22,378 nucleotides of DNA from Pseudothermotoga sp. GTDB taxonomy: Bacteria > Thermotogota > Thermotogae > Thermotogales > DSM-5069. Below, piece after piece: positions 1 to 8,769 of the stretch. Every line of letters begins with the position of its first letter. Position 1 is the first letter of the stretch. The DNA lies in NCBI GenBank assembly GCA_041640575.1, contig JBEPZZ010000030.1, positions 1 through 22,378 of the forward strand, written 5' to 3'. A model generated the notes under the pieces. The model was not told the origin of the DNA. It saw nothing but the letters and a program-made list of their open reading frames with translations, and did no database searches. Both the position numbers and the translations under genes were made by a program.

Positions 1-1
1 G

Positions 2-2092
2 AATAAGGTTAAAGGTTACGTGCTAGAAAAAGTAGAATCATCCACAAGAAAAGTCAAACCAGTTCTAGAGCGCATAGACGGATTCAGCTTTCTTTCGGTA
101 AAAGACGTTGAACTTGTCAAGTGGATATCTCACCACTTTTTCTCACCAATAGGAAAGGTCTTCGATCTGTTCTTACCTTCGTACATTGACAAATACCTTG
201 AGACGTATCTGGAACCATCCACAGAATTGATAGGTTTTAAGAAAATGAAGGTAACAGAATTCTTGAAGGGGCGATCCGAGGAAGAGCTTAAGTTACTTTT
301 GAAAAAAGGATATGCAAGAATAGTCAAGTCAAGAGATGCTTTCAAAATACCAAGAATTCCAAAGGAAAAGACTTATGTAACTTTAATTGGTGACATACAT
401 GACATACTAATGAAAGTCAAGTCGGAGATGGAGTATGAAATTGTCAACTATCTTCTGCTTGCAAGAAGTATAAAAACAGAGGAGCTCATCGAGACTTTAG
501 GTGTTGGAACAAAAGAGCTAGAAAAGATGGCTGAGAGAGGAATTCTTAAATTCTCTGAACTTGCATTCCCGATAAAAAATCGTGGAATGCATAGTGCTGA
601 AGCCTTTTCGTGCCAAAACCCCGGTGGTTGTATTATTACTGGACAAGACGATATGACAAGGTTGTTTATGATTTCTCAACAGCTGCGAGAGGTTCTTGAT
701 CGTGGTTATTCAGTTTTATACTTAACTCCTTATTCTTCGCAAGCTATTAAACTTGCTGGTGTTGCCAGCACAATTCTTGAAAGAAAAGTCGTTATTTTTC
801 ATTCTAGACTTACCAATGCACGAAAAGCTTTAGCGTGGTTGACGGCCTATTCAGGGACACCAGCCATCTTTTTTGCGACGCGAGCTGGAGTTTTTCTACC
901 TTTAAAGAACTTGGGGCTTGTTGTTATCGAAAGTGAAGAAGAAGAGGTTTACTACCAACCCATTGAACCTGTTTATGATGCTGTTGAAGCAGCGCAAAAG
1001 AAAGCTTCACTGTATCAAGTACCTGTAATTGTTCTTTCTTCATCGTGCCGTTTGAAAACATTTCTACAGGTTGGCAAATCCAGTCAATTTGATATTTCAA
1101 AACCAAACCTAAACGTTTTTGTGGAATCTATAAAAGAAAGGAAGCAGCTGTTGACGCCAAAACTAATTGAGTTGCTTGGTGAGAGTCTCAATAAGAAGCA
1201 AGGTGCGATATTGATAGCGAAGCGAAAAGATTATGCACCATATGTTTTTTGTTTTGCATGCAATTTTTTGATAAAATGCCCCAATTGTAGCGTCCCACTA
1301 TCTTATTCTGAGTCTCAGAAATCATTAAGATGTCATCAATGTGGATGGAAGGAGCCAATCAGACGCATTTGTCCTAATTGTGGCGCACCTGCACTATATC
1401 CAGTTGGTATTGGTGGCGAGCGGGTAGAGAAGATTTTGAGATATCACATACCGGAAGCACACATAAGGTTTGCTAGCGTGGAAGAAGCTGAACCAAAAAT
1501 GCTACTTGATATGTTAATCAAGTTTGAGCTGGGAGAAATAGATGTTCTAGTTATTAACCAGCCAATAGTTCACATTCTCGGGTTGTCAAGGATTGGCCTT
1601 GTTGCGATACTCGATTTCGATGGCTTTCTGAACCAACCTGATTACTCCTCGAGAGAAAGAACCATTCAATTAGTGAGAAAGATAACCCAGGTTAACGAAA
1701 AAGCAAAGGTGATCATTCAAACTCGTAATGTCCATCCAGAGAGTATTATGAGTCTTGTCAATAGCTCGCTAGAGGAACTCTACGAAGCTGAATTGATTAG
1801 GAGAAGAGAGGGTAGGTACCCACCCTATTACAATCTGATTCAGGTCATTTTAGAATGTGAGAACATGGACATTGGATGGGAGATGATACAAGATCTCGCG
1901 GCAAAAATAAAAAGCGCCGAGGTTCTTGGACCAGTTGAACACCCTATATTCAAAGTGAGTGGCAAATATAGGTATCACTTTATCCTGAAAACGGATCGAC
2001 TAGATGAAATTCTTCACGAGTTTGAAAAAGAATTTAGATCTGTTGATACACGTGGCTTAAAGATTTTTGTCAATCCGCCCAAATTACTCTGA
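2..2092 (+). CDS. priA: Primosomal protein N' (PriA), 5'-partial, with degenerate helicase motifs
   Basis: Frame is open from base 2 (NKVKGYVLE..), so the real start lies upstream of the window. PriA hallmarks: WISHHFFSPIG, FHSRLT..RKALAW, ATRAGVFLPLKNLGLVVI, four CxxC (CFAC, CPNC, CHQC, CPNC), GIGGERVE, QPDY, IIQTRN, YPPYY, LGP..KYRYHFILK. Confidence 0.93.
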   Translation, partial: NKVKGYVLEKVESSTRKVKPVLERIDGFSFLSVKDVELVKWISHHFFSPIGKVFDLFLPSYIDKYLETYLEPSTELIGFKKMKVTEFLKGRSEEELKLLLKKGYARIVKSRDAFKIPRIPKEKTYVTLIGDIHDILMKVKSEMEYEIVNYLLLARSIKTEELIETLGVGTKELEKMAERGILKFSELAFPIKNRGMHSAEAFSCQNPGGCIITGQDDMTRLFMISQQLREVLDRGYSVLYLTPYSSQAIKLAGVASTILERKVVIFHSRLTNARKALAWLTAYSGTPAIFFATRAGVFLPLKNLGLVVIESEEEEVYYQPIEPVYDAVEAAQKKASLYQVPVIVLSSSCRLKTFLQVGKSSQFDISKPNLNVFVESIKERKQLLTPKLIELLGESLNKKQGAILIAKRKDYAPYVFCFACNFLIKCPNCSVPLSYSESQKSLRCHQCGWKEPIRRICPNCGAPALYPVGIGGERVEKILRYHIPEAHIRFASVEEAEPKMLLDMLIKFELGEIDVLVINQPIVHILGLSRIGLVAILDFDGFLNQPDYSSRERTIQLVRKITQVNEKAKVIIQTRNVHPESIMSLVNSSLEELYEAELIRRREGRYPPYYNLIQVILECENMDIGWEMIQDLAAKIKSAEVLGPVEHPIFKVSGKYRYHFILKTDRLDEILHEFEKEFRSVDTRGLKIFVNPPKLL

Positions 2093-2109
2093 AAAAGGGG
2101 GAAGATAAT

Positions 2110-3459
2110 GTGAAAACGCTTATACTAGCTGCTGGAATAGGGACAAGAATGTGTTCAAAGTATCCCAAAGTGATTCACAAAATCTGTGGAAAACCTATGA
2201 TAAACTTGGTGATTGAAACAGCGAAAGAACTTTCAGAGGAAGTTGCCGTTGTTTTGGGGTATGGCGCGGAAATGGTTAAACCGTTACTACCACCAGAGGT
2301 AAAAATTTTTATTCAGCAACAGCAACTTGGCACAGCTCATGCAGTTATGGCTGCCCTAGATTTTGTTAAAAGCGCTGAAGAGATTTTAATTCTCTATGGT
2401 GACATGCCATTAATCACCACTCGAACATTAAGAAAAGCCTTGGAATTTCAGAATCAGGGAAAATTCGATGCTACAATAGTATCCACGGAGCTAGATGATC
2501 CAACGGGTTACGGAAGGATTGTCAGGGATGAAAGTGGAAGATTCCTAAGAATAGTTGAGGAACAGGATGCACAGGAAGAAAAAGCTATAAAAGAAGTCAA
2601 TACGGGTGTGTATATTTTTCGTACACAGAAACTCATTGAGGTTCTGCCGGCAGTGAAACCGGATAATAAGAAAAATGAATATTATTTGACTGACGTCCTA
2701 GGTCTTCTGAAAAATGTTTTTGTTTTCAGAGTGGATAAACCTGTGGAATTTCTTGGGATAAACAACAGGATTCAATTGGCACAAGCTGAAAAAATAATGC
2801 GAATGCAAATCCTAGAGAGATTGATGCTATCTGGGGTTACCATAATCGATCCAGAGACAACATACATCGATGCGGACGTTAGGATAGGTAGAGACACGGT
2901 GATATACCCAATGACGATCATAGAAGGTCAAACAGAAATAGGAGAAGATTGTGTAATTGGACCAATGACAAGACTTGTAAATTGTAGGATTGCTAATCGT
3001 GTGAGCATAGTCAGGTCTGAATGTATCGGTGCGACAGTTTACGATGATGTTTCGATCGGACCATTCAGCAGGCTAAGAGAAGGAGCAATCTTGCACCAAG
3101 AAGTCAAAATAGGTAACTTCGTGGAAGTCAAGAATTCAGTTATCGGTTTCGGTACAAAAGCTCAACATCTTTCTTACCTTGGTGATGCAACAATTGGCAA
3201 GGAAGTAAATATAGGCGCGGGTACAATAACTTGTAATTATGACGGAAGGAAAAAGAATCCAACCTATATTGAGGACAACGTGTTTATAGGTAGCAACAGT
3301 TGCCTTGTAGCTCCAGTTACGGTAAAAAAAGGTGCTTTTGTGGCTGCTGGTTCTGTTATTAACCAGGATGTACCGGAATGGAGCTTAGGAATAGCTCGTG
3401 CAAGGCAGGAGAACAAGATCGGCTGGGTTCTGCGCAAATTTCAGAAAAAGGAGGAGTAA
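2110..3459 (+). CDS. glmU: Bifunctional UDP-GlcNAc pyrophosphorylase / glucosamine-1-phosphate N-acetyltransferase
   Basis: LILAAGIGTRM..PKVIH, QQLGTAHAV, LYGDMPL, PTGYGRI, NEYYLTD, hexapeptide repeats, HLSYLGDA, GAGTITCNYDG. GTG start with a GGGGGA SD. Confidence 0.98.
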   Translation: MKTLILAAGIGTRMCSKYPKVIHKICGKPMINLVIETAKELSEEVAVVLGYGAEMVKPLLPPEVKIFIQQQQLGTAHAVMAALDFVKSAEEILILYGDMPLITTRTLRKALEFQNQGKFDATIVSTELDDPTGYGRIVRDESGRFLRIVEEQDAQEEKAIKEVNTGVYIFRTQKLIEVLPAVKPDNKKNEYYLTDVLGLLKNVFVFRVDKPVEFLGINNRIQLAQAEKIMRMQILERLMLSGVTIIDPETTYIDADVRIGRDTVIYPMTIIEGQTEIGEDCVIGPMTRLVNCRIANRVSIVRSECIGATVYDDVSIGPFSRLREGAILHQEVKIGNFVEVKNSVIGFGTKAQHLSYLGDATIGKEVNIGAGTITCNYDGRKKNPTYIEDNVFIGSNSCLVAPVTVKKGAFVAAGSVINQDVPEWSLGIARARQENKIGWVLRKFQKKEE

Positions 3460-3462
3460 AAG

Positions 3463-4413
3463 ATGCCATTTCAGAGAAATGAATTCAAACTTTTCGCAGG
3501 AAACTCGAATCCAGAGTTGGCAAGACGTGTTGCAGAATACCTTGGAATGAGACTTGGAGATTGTCAAGTCTCAAGGTTTTCAGATGGTGAGATCAATGTT
3601 AGAATAAATGAAACGGTCAGAGGACATGACATTTTTCTGATTCAGTCTTCCTCACCACCAGTGAATGAAAATTTAATGGAACTTCTCGTGATGATTGATG
3701 CTTTCAAGAGAGCTTCCGCGAACAGTATAGCTGTGGTTATGCCATATTATGGTTATGCGAGGCAGGATAGAAAAGCAAAGGGTAGAGATCCAATAACTGC
3801 GAAATTAGTAGCAAACTTAATAACTGTGGCTGGAGCAAGTAGAATTCTTACAATAGAGCTGCATGCCGACCAGATTCAAGGATTTTTTGATATACCCGTC
3901 GATAATCTTTATAGTTTTCCAGTCTTTGCTGAAGTTGTTCAGAGAGACTACAAAAGCGTAAAGCAAGACCTAGTGATAGTTGCTCCTGATGTTGGTGCAG
4001 TCAAAAGGGCAAGCAAGTTTGCAGAAAAGTTGCAGGTTCCACTTGCAATTCTGGATAAGCGTAGACCAGCTGATAACATGGCTGAAGTGGTGAACGTAAT
4101 TGGTGATGTCAATGGCAAGATTGCACTCATGTTTGACGATATAATTGATACGGGAGGAACTATTGTTCAAGGTTCTGAGATCTTGAAAAAATCAGGTGCA
4201 AGGCGTATACTTGCATTTGCAACGCATGGGGTTTTATCTGGAAAAGCTATTGAAAAGATCAATCAAAGTGAAATTGATAAGGTTTATATTACGGATACGA
4301 TATACCACGAAAAACTACCAGAAAAATTTGAAATAGTTAGTGTTGCGTCATTACTCGGAGAAGCATTGATAAGAATTCGCCGTAATCTATCGGTGAGCAT
4401 ACTGTTCAAATAG
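3463..4413 (+). CDS. prs: Ribose-phosphate pyrophosphokinase
   Basis: FAGNSNPELA, FSDGEI, PYYGYARQDRK, QIQGFFDIPVDNL, PRPP-binding DDIIDTGGT, ATHGVLSG. Follows glmU. Confidence 0.98.
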   Translation: MPFQRNEFKLFAGNSNPELARRVAEYLGMRLGDCQVSRFSDGEINVRINETVRGHDIFLIQSSSPPVNENLMELLVMIDAFKRASANSIAVVMPYYGYARQDRKAKGRDPITAKLVANLITVAGASRILTIELHADQIQGFFDIPVDNLYSFPVFAEVVQRDYKSVKQDLVIVAPDVGAVKRASKFAEKLQVPLAILDKRRPADNMAEVVNVIGDVNGKIALMFDDIIDTGGTIVQGSEILKKSGARRILAFATHGVLSGKAIEKINQSEIDKVYITDTIYHEKLPEKFEIVSVASLLGEALIRIRRNLSVSILFK

Positions 4414-4441
4414 ATCAAACAGAACAAAGGAGGTTATGAAA

Positions 4442-5098
4442 ATGGAACTTAAAGCTGGCATTCGAAAAGAAAAGGGTAAACGACAGTCTAGAAAAATGAG
4501 AAGAGAAGGTTTCATACCGGGTATCATCTATGGCCCCAGCACTGATCCTGTTAATATAGTTCTGGAAGCCAGTCAGGTGAACAAGATTGTCGGTAAAGTT
4601 TCAGAATCTGTGCCAATAAAATTGCATCTGGAATATGAAAATAAAACAGAGACCCTGGATGTGTTTATGAAAAAGATTCAAGTCGACAAAGTAACTGATA
4701 AGATATTGCACATAGACTTTTACAGGCCTGCTGTTGGACATACGATGAAGATCAACATACCAATTAAGATTGTTGGAAAAGCTGCTGGTGTGGAAAAAGG
4801 AGGAATTCTTGAAGTAATACATAATGAACTACCTGTTGAAACCTTGCCGACAACATTGATGGAACATATAGAGATTGATGTAAGCAAGTTAGATCTTGGC
4901 GAATCAGTTCATGTTAAAGATCTACAGCTACCCCAAGAAATGAAAGTCATGTTGCCAAAAGATGATGTTATTGTGACCATTTTAGTCCCGCGTGGATTGG
5001 AAATTGAAGAAGTATTGGCTCCTTCAACAGTTGGTCCGGAGGAACCAGAAGTCATAAAGAAGGGTAAGAAAGTTGAAACGGAGGAAGAGGAAAAATAA
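4442..5098 (+). CDS. rplY: 50S ribosomal protein L25 / general stress protein Ctc (long form)
   Basis: R..GK..SRKMRREGFIPGIIYG, ILHIDFY, GVEKGGIL, IEIDVSKLDLGESVHVKDL, EPEVIKKGKK and an acidic tail. SD AGGAGG (4428-4433) is better spaced to ATG 4442 than to ATG 4436. Confidence 0.96.
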   Translation: MELKAGIRKEKGKRQSRKMRREGFIPGIIYGPSTDPVNIVLEASQVNKIVGKVSESVPIKLHLEYENKTETLDVFMKKIQVDKVTDKILHIDFYRPAVGHTMKINIPIKIVGKAAGVEKGGILEVIHNELPVETLPTTLMEHIEIDVSKLDLGESVHVKDLQLPQEMKVMLPKDDVIVTILVPRGLEIEEVLAPSTVGPEEPEVIKKGKKVETEEEEK

Positions 5099-5667
5099 AT
5101 AAACAGGAATTCATAATAGTTGGCCTGGGTAACCCTGGAGTAAAATATGCGTTTAATAGACACAACGTTGGTTTCATGGTTGTTGATAGACTATCGATAA
5201 TTAGTAATTGTAAATGGTGGCATCGCAAGTTTTATGCTGTGAGTAAATGCCAGAATTTCTGGCTTTTGAAACCAACGACATACATGAATGCAAGTGGGGT
5301 TGCGGTTAAGGACTTTTTGGATTCCATTGCCGCCCCCATTGGTTCTTTAATTGTTGTGTATGATGATGTGGATCTTCCATGTGGCAAACTTCGCGTAAGA
5401 GCAAAAGGTAGCAGCGGGGGTCATAAAGGACTCGAATCAATAATAACAGAACTTGGAAGCCAAGATTTTGTCAGAATACGAATTGGAATAGGGCCAAGAC
5501 CGGAAGGTATTTCTTTAGCTGAATTTGTTTTGCAGGATTTCGCGGAGGAAGAGTTGAAAGTTATTGATAAGGTGATTGATACGGCTATAAAAGCAATAAA
5601 TGTGATAGTAGCTGAAGGAGTTGAAAAAGCTATGTCGCTTTTCAATTCTTATGAGGTGATTGTGTGA
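5095..5667 (+). CDS. pth: Peptidyl-tRNA hydrolase; probable non-canonical ATA start (ORF track starts too late, at 5176)
   Basis: In frame upstream of ATG 5176 lies IIVGLGNPGVKYAFNRHNVGF. Also KPTTYMNASG, VVYDDVDLP, GSSGGHKGLESI, RIRIGIGP. The start position is inferred. Confidence 0.93.
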   Translation: MNKQEFIIVGLGNPGVKYAFNRHNVGFMVVDRLSIISNCKWWHRKFYAVSKCQNFWLLKPTTYMNASGVAVKDFLDSIAAPIGSLIVVYDDVDLPCGKLRVRAKGSSGGHKGLESIITELGSQDFVRIRIGIGPRPEGISLAEFVLQDFAEEELKVIDKVIDTAIKAINVIVAEGVEKAMSLFNSYEVIV

Positions 5668-6095
5668 GATGTTCTATTTGTGGTAGTTCATCAGCTAGAG
5701 TTTATCGTTTTTCTTACGATGGAATGCCGAAAGAAGTATCTTATTGCAGAGCTTGCCTGAAGAAAGTAATTCCTGAGTTGCCAGAGTTTTCAAAATCTGG
5801 TCTCAAATATCTGGCTGGCCACACTGAGATTGTTCAAGACTCAGATTTGAAAGAAATTGTTCCCGAAGCAGCACCAACTGACTTGATATTCTCTGTTGCG
5901 CCAGTTGCAGTTCTTAGGATCCTGTTCCCGCAAGTTAAAGAAAATCTATCAGCAGATGAGAAAGAAGTCTTTAAAAGAAGAATTTACTTGCTTCGATATA
6001 AATTGGATAAAGCTATAAAAAGTGAAGATTACAAGACAGCAGGTCGTCTGAAGAATCAAATTAACGCCATAGAAAAGCGTATTATGGGGAAATAA
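5664..6095 (+). CDS. UvrB/UvrC (UVR) motif protein with N-terminal CxxC..CxxC; McsA-like
   Basis: MRCSICG...YCRAC at the N-terminus and LDKAIKSEDYKTAGRLKNQI (UVR coiled coil) at the C-terminus. GTGA overlap with the pth stop, SD GAGGTG. Confidence 0.75.
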   Translation: MRCSICGSSSARVYRFSYDGMPKEVSYCRACLKKVIPELPEFSKSGLKYLAGHTEIVQDSDLKEIVPEAAPTDLIFSVAPVAVLRILFPQVKENLSADEKEVFKRRIYLLRYKLDKAIKSEDYKTAGRLKNQINAIEKRIMGK

Positions 6096-6098
6096 AAG

Positions 6099-6956
6099 AT
6101 GATCCTTCTGTTTGGATTTCTAATTTCATTGATTCTCGGTCTATTACTGCTGATTCGTTATGTTTTTCCAGGAGAAATAGTTGTTTCACCAATTCTCCTA
6201 AGGTTTGGCGCCATAGAGCTCCGTTATTACTCTTTATGTGTTCTGGCCGGTATAATTTCTTCATATTTACTTGCGAGAAGAGTTGCCAAAAGAGAAGGCA
6301 TGAACGTCGAGCATCTTGATGAAATGATCTTTTACGGCATACTAATGGGAATAGTTGGTGCAAGAATTTTCTATGTGATATTCAATTTGAACCAATATCT
6401 CAAACATCCGCTCGAAATCCTTATGATTTGGCATGGTGGTTTATCAATATATGGTGCCTTAACTTTTGGCATACTCGCAGTAATTATCTATGTTATAACA
6501 CGGAAGCCTGATACATTCGGAATCTGGCAGGTTTTAGATCTTGGTGCAGCCTTTTTCCCTCTTGGCCAAGCGATAGGAAGATGGGGCAATTTCTTCAACT
6601 ATGAAGCATATGGTGCGCCCACCAACCTTCCATGGAAGATGTATGTACCGCCAAACTTCAGACTCTATGGCTATGAAAAATATCAGTTCTTTCATCCAAC
6701 TTTTCTTTATGAATCTCTATGGGACCTGATTGTCTTTCTTTTGCTTCAGAGCTTTTGGAAAGCGCATAAAAGGGAACACGGCAGGACTTTCGGTTTATAC
6801 CTGGTGCTATACTCACTTGGAAGAATTTGCATAGAAAGGTTAAGACTCGACAGTTTGTATTTTGGAAAAATAAGGGCGTCGCAACTTATAGCCGCCGTTG
6901 CGATAATTGTTGGAAGTATTATATTTTTCGAGAAACGCACAGATTTAGTGAGATGA
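6099..6956 (+). CDS. lgt: Prolipoprotein diacylglyceryl transferase
   Basis: GIVGARIFYV, IWHGGLSIYG, LGQAIGRWGNFFNYEAYG, HPTFLYES, YSLGRICIERLR. Multiple TM segments. Confidence 0.97.
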   Translation: MILLFGFLISLILGLLLLIRYVFPGEIVVSPILLRFGAIELRYYSLCVLAGIISSYLLARRVAKREGMNVEHLDEMIFYGILMGIVGARIFYVIFNLNQYLKHPLEILMIWHGGLSIYGALTFGILAVIIYVITRKPDTFGIWQVLDLGAAFFPLGQAIGRWGNFFNYEAYGAPTNLPWKMYVPPNFRLYGYEKYQFFHPTFLYESLWDLIVFLLLQSFWKAHKREHGRTFGLYLVLYSLGRICIERLRLDSLYFGKIRASQLIAAVAIIVGSIIFFEKRTDLVR

Positions 6957-6964
6957 TATGACGT

Positions 6965-7591
6965 ATGACGTACGCAATTGGTGACATTCATGGATGCTTG
7001 TGGGCGTTGAAGGAATTAATTCAGAAATTGCCTTTATCTTCAGGTGACAAGTTGATATTTCTCGGCGATTACGTCGACCGCGGTCCAGATAGCAAGGGGG
7101 TTATTGATTTTTTGATAAACTTGAGCAAATTTTATAATTGTATATTTTTGCGGGGAAATCATGAACAAATGATGCTTGAGTGTTTGGAGAAGGGTAGAGA
7201 TTGTTACTTATGGGAATTAAACGGAGCAGGTGCGACAATCAGGAGTTATGGTGGGGTAAGGAACATACCAGAGGATCACCTTGCATTCCTTCAGAGCACG
7301 CGTTTATATCATGTTTCAGACAATTTAATCTTTGTACATGCTGGGCTGAGGCCTGGGATTCCGATTGAAAAGCAAGATCCATTCGATTTGGTATGGATAA
7401 GAGATGAGTTCATTTACTCAAAGGATGCTGTACCAGGTTATACAGTGATTTTTGGGCATACCCCTTTTGCAAATGTCTTGATTCTCTCAGATAAAATCGG
7501 CGTTGACACCGGATGCGTGTATGGTGGCCGGTTAAGTTGTATCAGAATCGAAGACCAGTCAATCTTTCAGGTGGAGTGTGACCATATATGA
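6965..7591 (+). CDS. PPP-family Ser/Thr protein phosphatase (PrpA/lambda-phosphatase-like metallophosphoesterase)
   Basis: [35 protein letters not shown] and [12 protein letters not shown] motifs. Confidence 0.9.
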   Translation: MTYAIGDIHGCLWALKELIQKLPLSSGDKLIFLGDYVDRGPDSKGVIDFLINLSKFYNCIFLRGNHEQMMLECLEKGRDCYLWELNGAGATIRSYGGVRNIPEDHLAFLQSTRLYHVSDNLIFVHAGLRPGIPIEKQDPFDLVWIRDEFIYSKDAVPGYTVIFGHTPFANVLILSDKIGVDTGCVYGGRLSCIRIEDQSIFQVECDHI

Positions 7592-8076
7592 TAAAAGCTG
7601 TGTACCCAGGTTCCTTTGATCCTGTGACGAATGGACATCTTGATATTGTTCACAGAGCTGTGAAAATTTTTGATGAACTCTGGATTGTTGTGATGGTAAA
7701 TCCCAACAAATCTTCTTTTTTCACTATGCAAGAGCGTGTTGACCTGATAAAGAAGTTAGTGATTGATCTACCCAATGTTCACGTTGATTGCCATGATGGA
7801 TTGTTGGTGGACTATTTGAAGAGGAAAAACATCAATGTTGTTGTAAGGGGTTTGCGGGCTATAACAGATTTTCAATACGAACTAGAAATGGCTCTTGCGA
7901 ATAAGCAACTCTGGAACGAATTTGAAACAGTTTTTTTGATGACCGATAAGCGTTATTCATTTTTGTCATCAAGTTTAGTGAAAGAGGTAGACATGATGGG
8001 TGGAGAAATCAGTGAATGGGTTCCAAAGGTGGTCCTAGATGCCATCAAGAACAAGTTGAGCAAATTGAAAAGGTGA
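7588..8076 (+). CDS. coaD: Phosphopantetheine adenylyltransferase
   Basis: [45 protein letters not shown] overlap with the upstream stop. Confidence 0.98.
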   Translation: MIKAVYPGSFDPVTNGHLDIVHRAVKIFDELWIVVMVNPNKSSFFTMQERVDLIKKLVIDLPNVHVDCHDGLLVDYLKRKNINVVVRGLRAITDFQYELEMALANKQLWNEFETVFLMTDKRYSFLSSSLVKEVDMMGGEISEWVPKVVLDAIKNKLSKLKR

Positions 8077-8082
8077 TATAAT
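8074..8082 (+). promoter_or_regulatory. Putative extended -10 promoter for tsf (TGATATAAT)
   Basis: Perfect TGnTATAAT about 45 nt upstream of the tsf ATG, overlapping the coaD stop. TTGAGC at 8056-8061 is only 15 nt away. Confidence 0.6.
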
Positions 8083-8126
8083 ACCTTGGGTATTTTTTGA
8101 ATTTCTAAGAAGGAGGTTATTAGTCA

Positions 8127-8723
8127 ATGGAGATAAGCGCAGAAATGGTGAAGAAACTAAGGGAGATGACTGGTTCCGGTGTCATGGAGTGCAAAACCGC
8201 TTTGCAAGAAGCAAACGGGGATTTCCAAAAGGCGGTGGAAATACTCAGAAAACGAGGTGCTGCAGTAGCTGCTAAGAAGAGTGGTAGAGAAACTAAGGAA
8301 GGAATAGTTGTTTCCTATGTTCATTTTACTGGTAAAATAGGAGTTTTGCTGGAACTTGGCTGCGAGACTGATTTTGTTGCTAAAATGCCTGAATTCAAGG
8401 AACTAGCCTATAATTTAGCAAAACATGTAGCAGCGATGTCGCCTAAATATGTGACGAGAGAAGAGGTCCCTCAAGAGGTCATAGAAAAGGAAAAAGAGAT
8501 ATACTTAGCGCAGCTGAAGGATTCGAACAAACCTAAAAATGTTATCGAAAAAATCGTTGAGGGAAAGCTTGAAAAATTTTATGAAGAAAATTGTCTTTAC
8601 GACCAAAAATACATTTTCGATGACACAAGAAGCGTTAAAACAGTTATTGACGAGCTTATAGGAAAGATCAAGGAAAACATACGTGTTACACGTTTTGTGA
8701 GAATGGAAGTTGGAACAGAATGA
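8127..8723 (+). CDS. tsf: Elongation factor Ts (short, 198 aa form)
   Basis: [82 protein letters not shown]. Confidence 0.98.
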   Translation: MEISAEMVKKLREMTGSGVMECKTALQEANGDFQKAVEILRKRGAAVAAKKSGRETKEGIVVSYVHFTGKIGVLLELGCETDFVAKMPEFKELAYNLAKHVAAMSPKYVTREEVPQEVIEKEKEIYLAQLKDSNKPKNVIEKIVEGKLEKFYEENCLYDQKYIFDDTRSVKTVIDELIGKIKENIRVTRFVRMEVGTE

Positions 8724-8749
8724 AGCGCCTGATTGGCGCTTCATTTTTT
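8719..8749 (+). terminator. Intrinsic terminator of tsf, possibly also serving the convergent operon
   Basis: AATGAAGCGCC-tgatt-GGCGCTTCATT perfect 11-bp stem running into a T tract. Includes the tsf stop codon. Confidence 0.85.
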
Positions 8750-8769
8750 GCACCTAATCTCTCTCATAT

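Noticed and set aside
5095..5175. pth as a pseudogene or as a frameshift fusion with rplY
   Set aside because: All Pth motifs are intact in one frame and rplY has a normal stop. A near-cognate start is simpler, although a frameshift at GGAAAAAT cannot be excluded from sequence alone.
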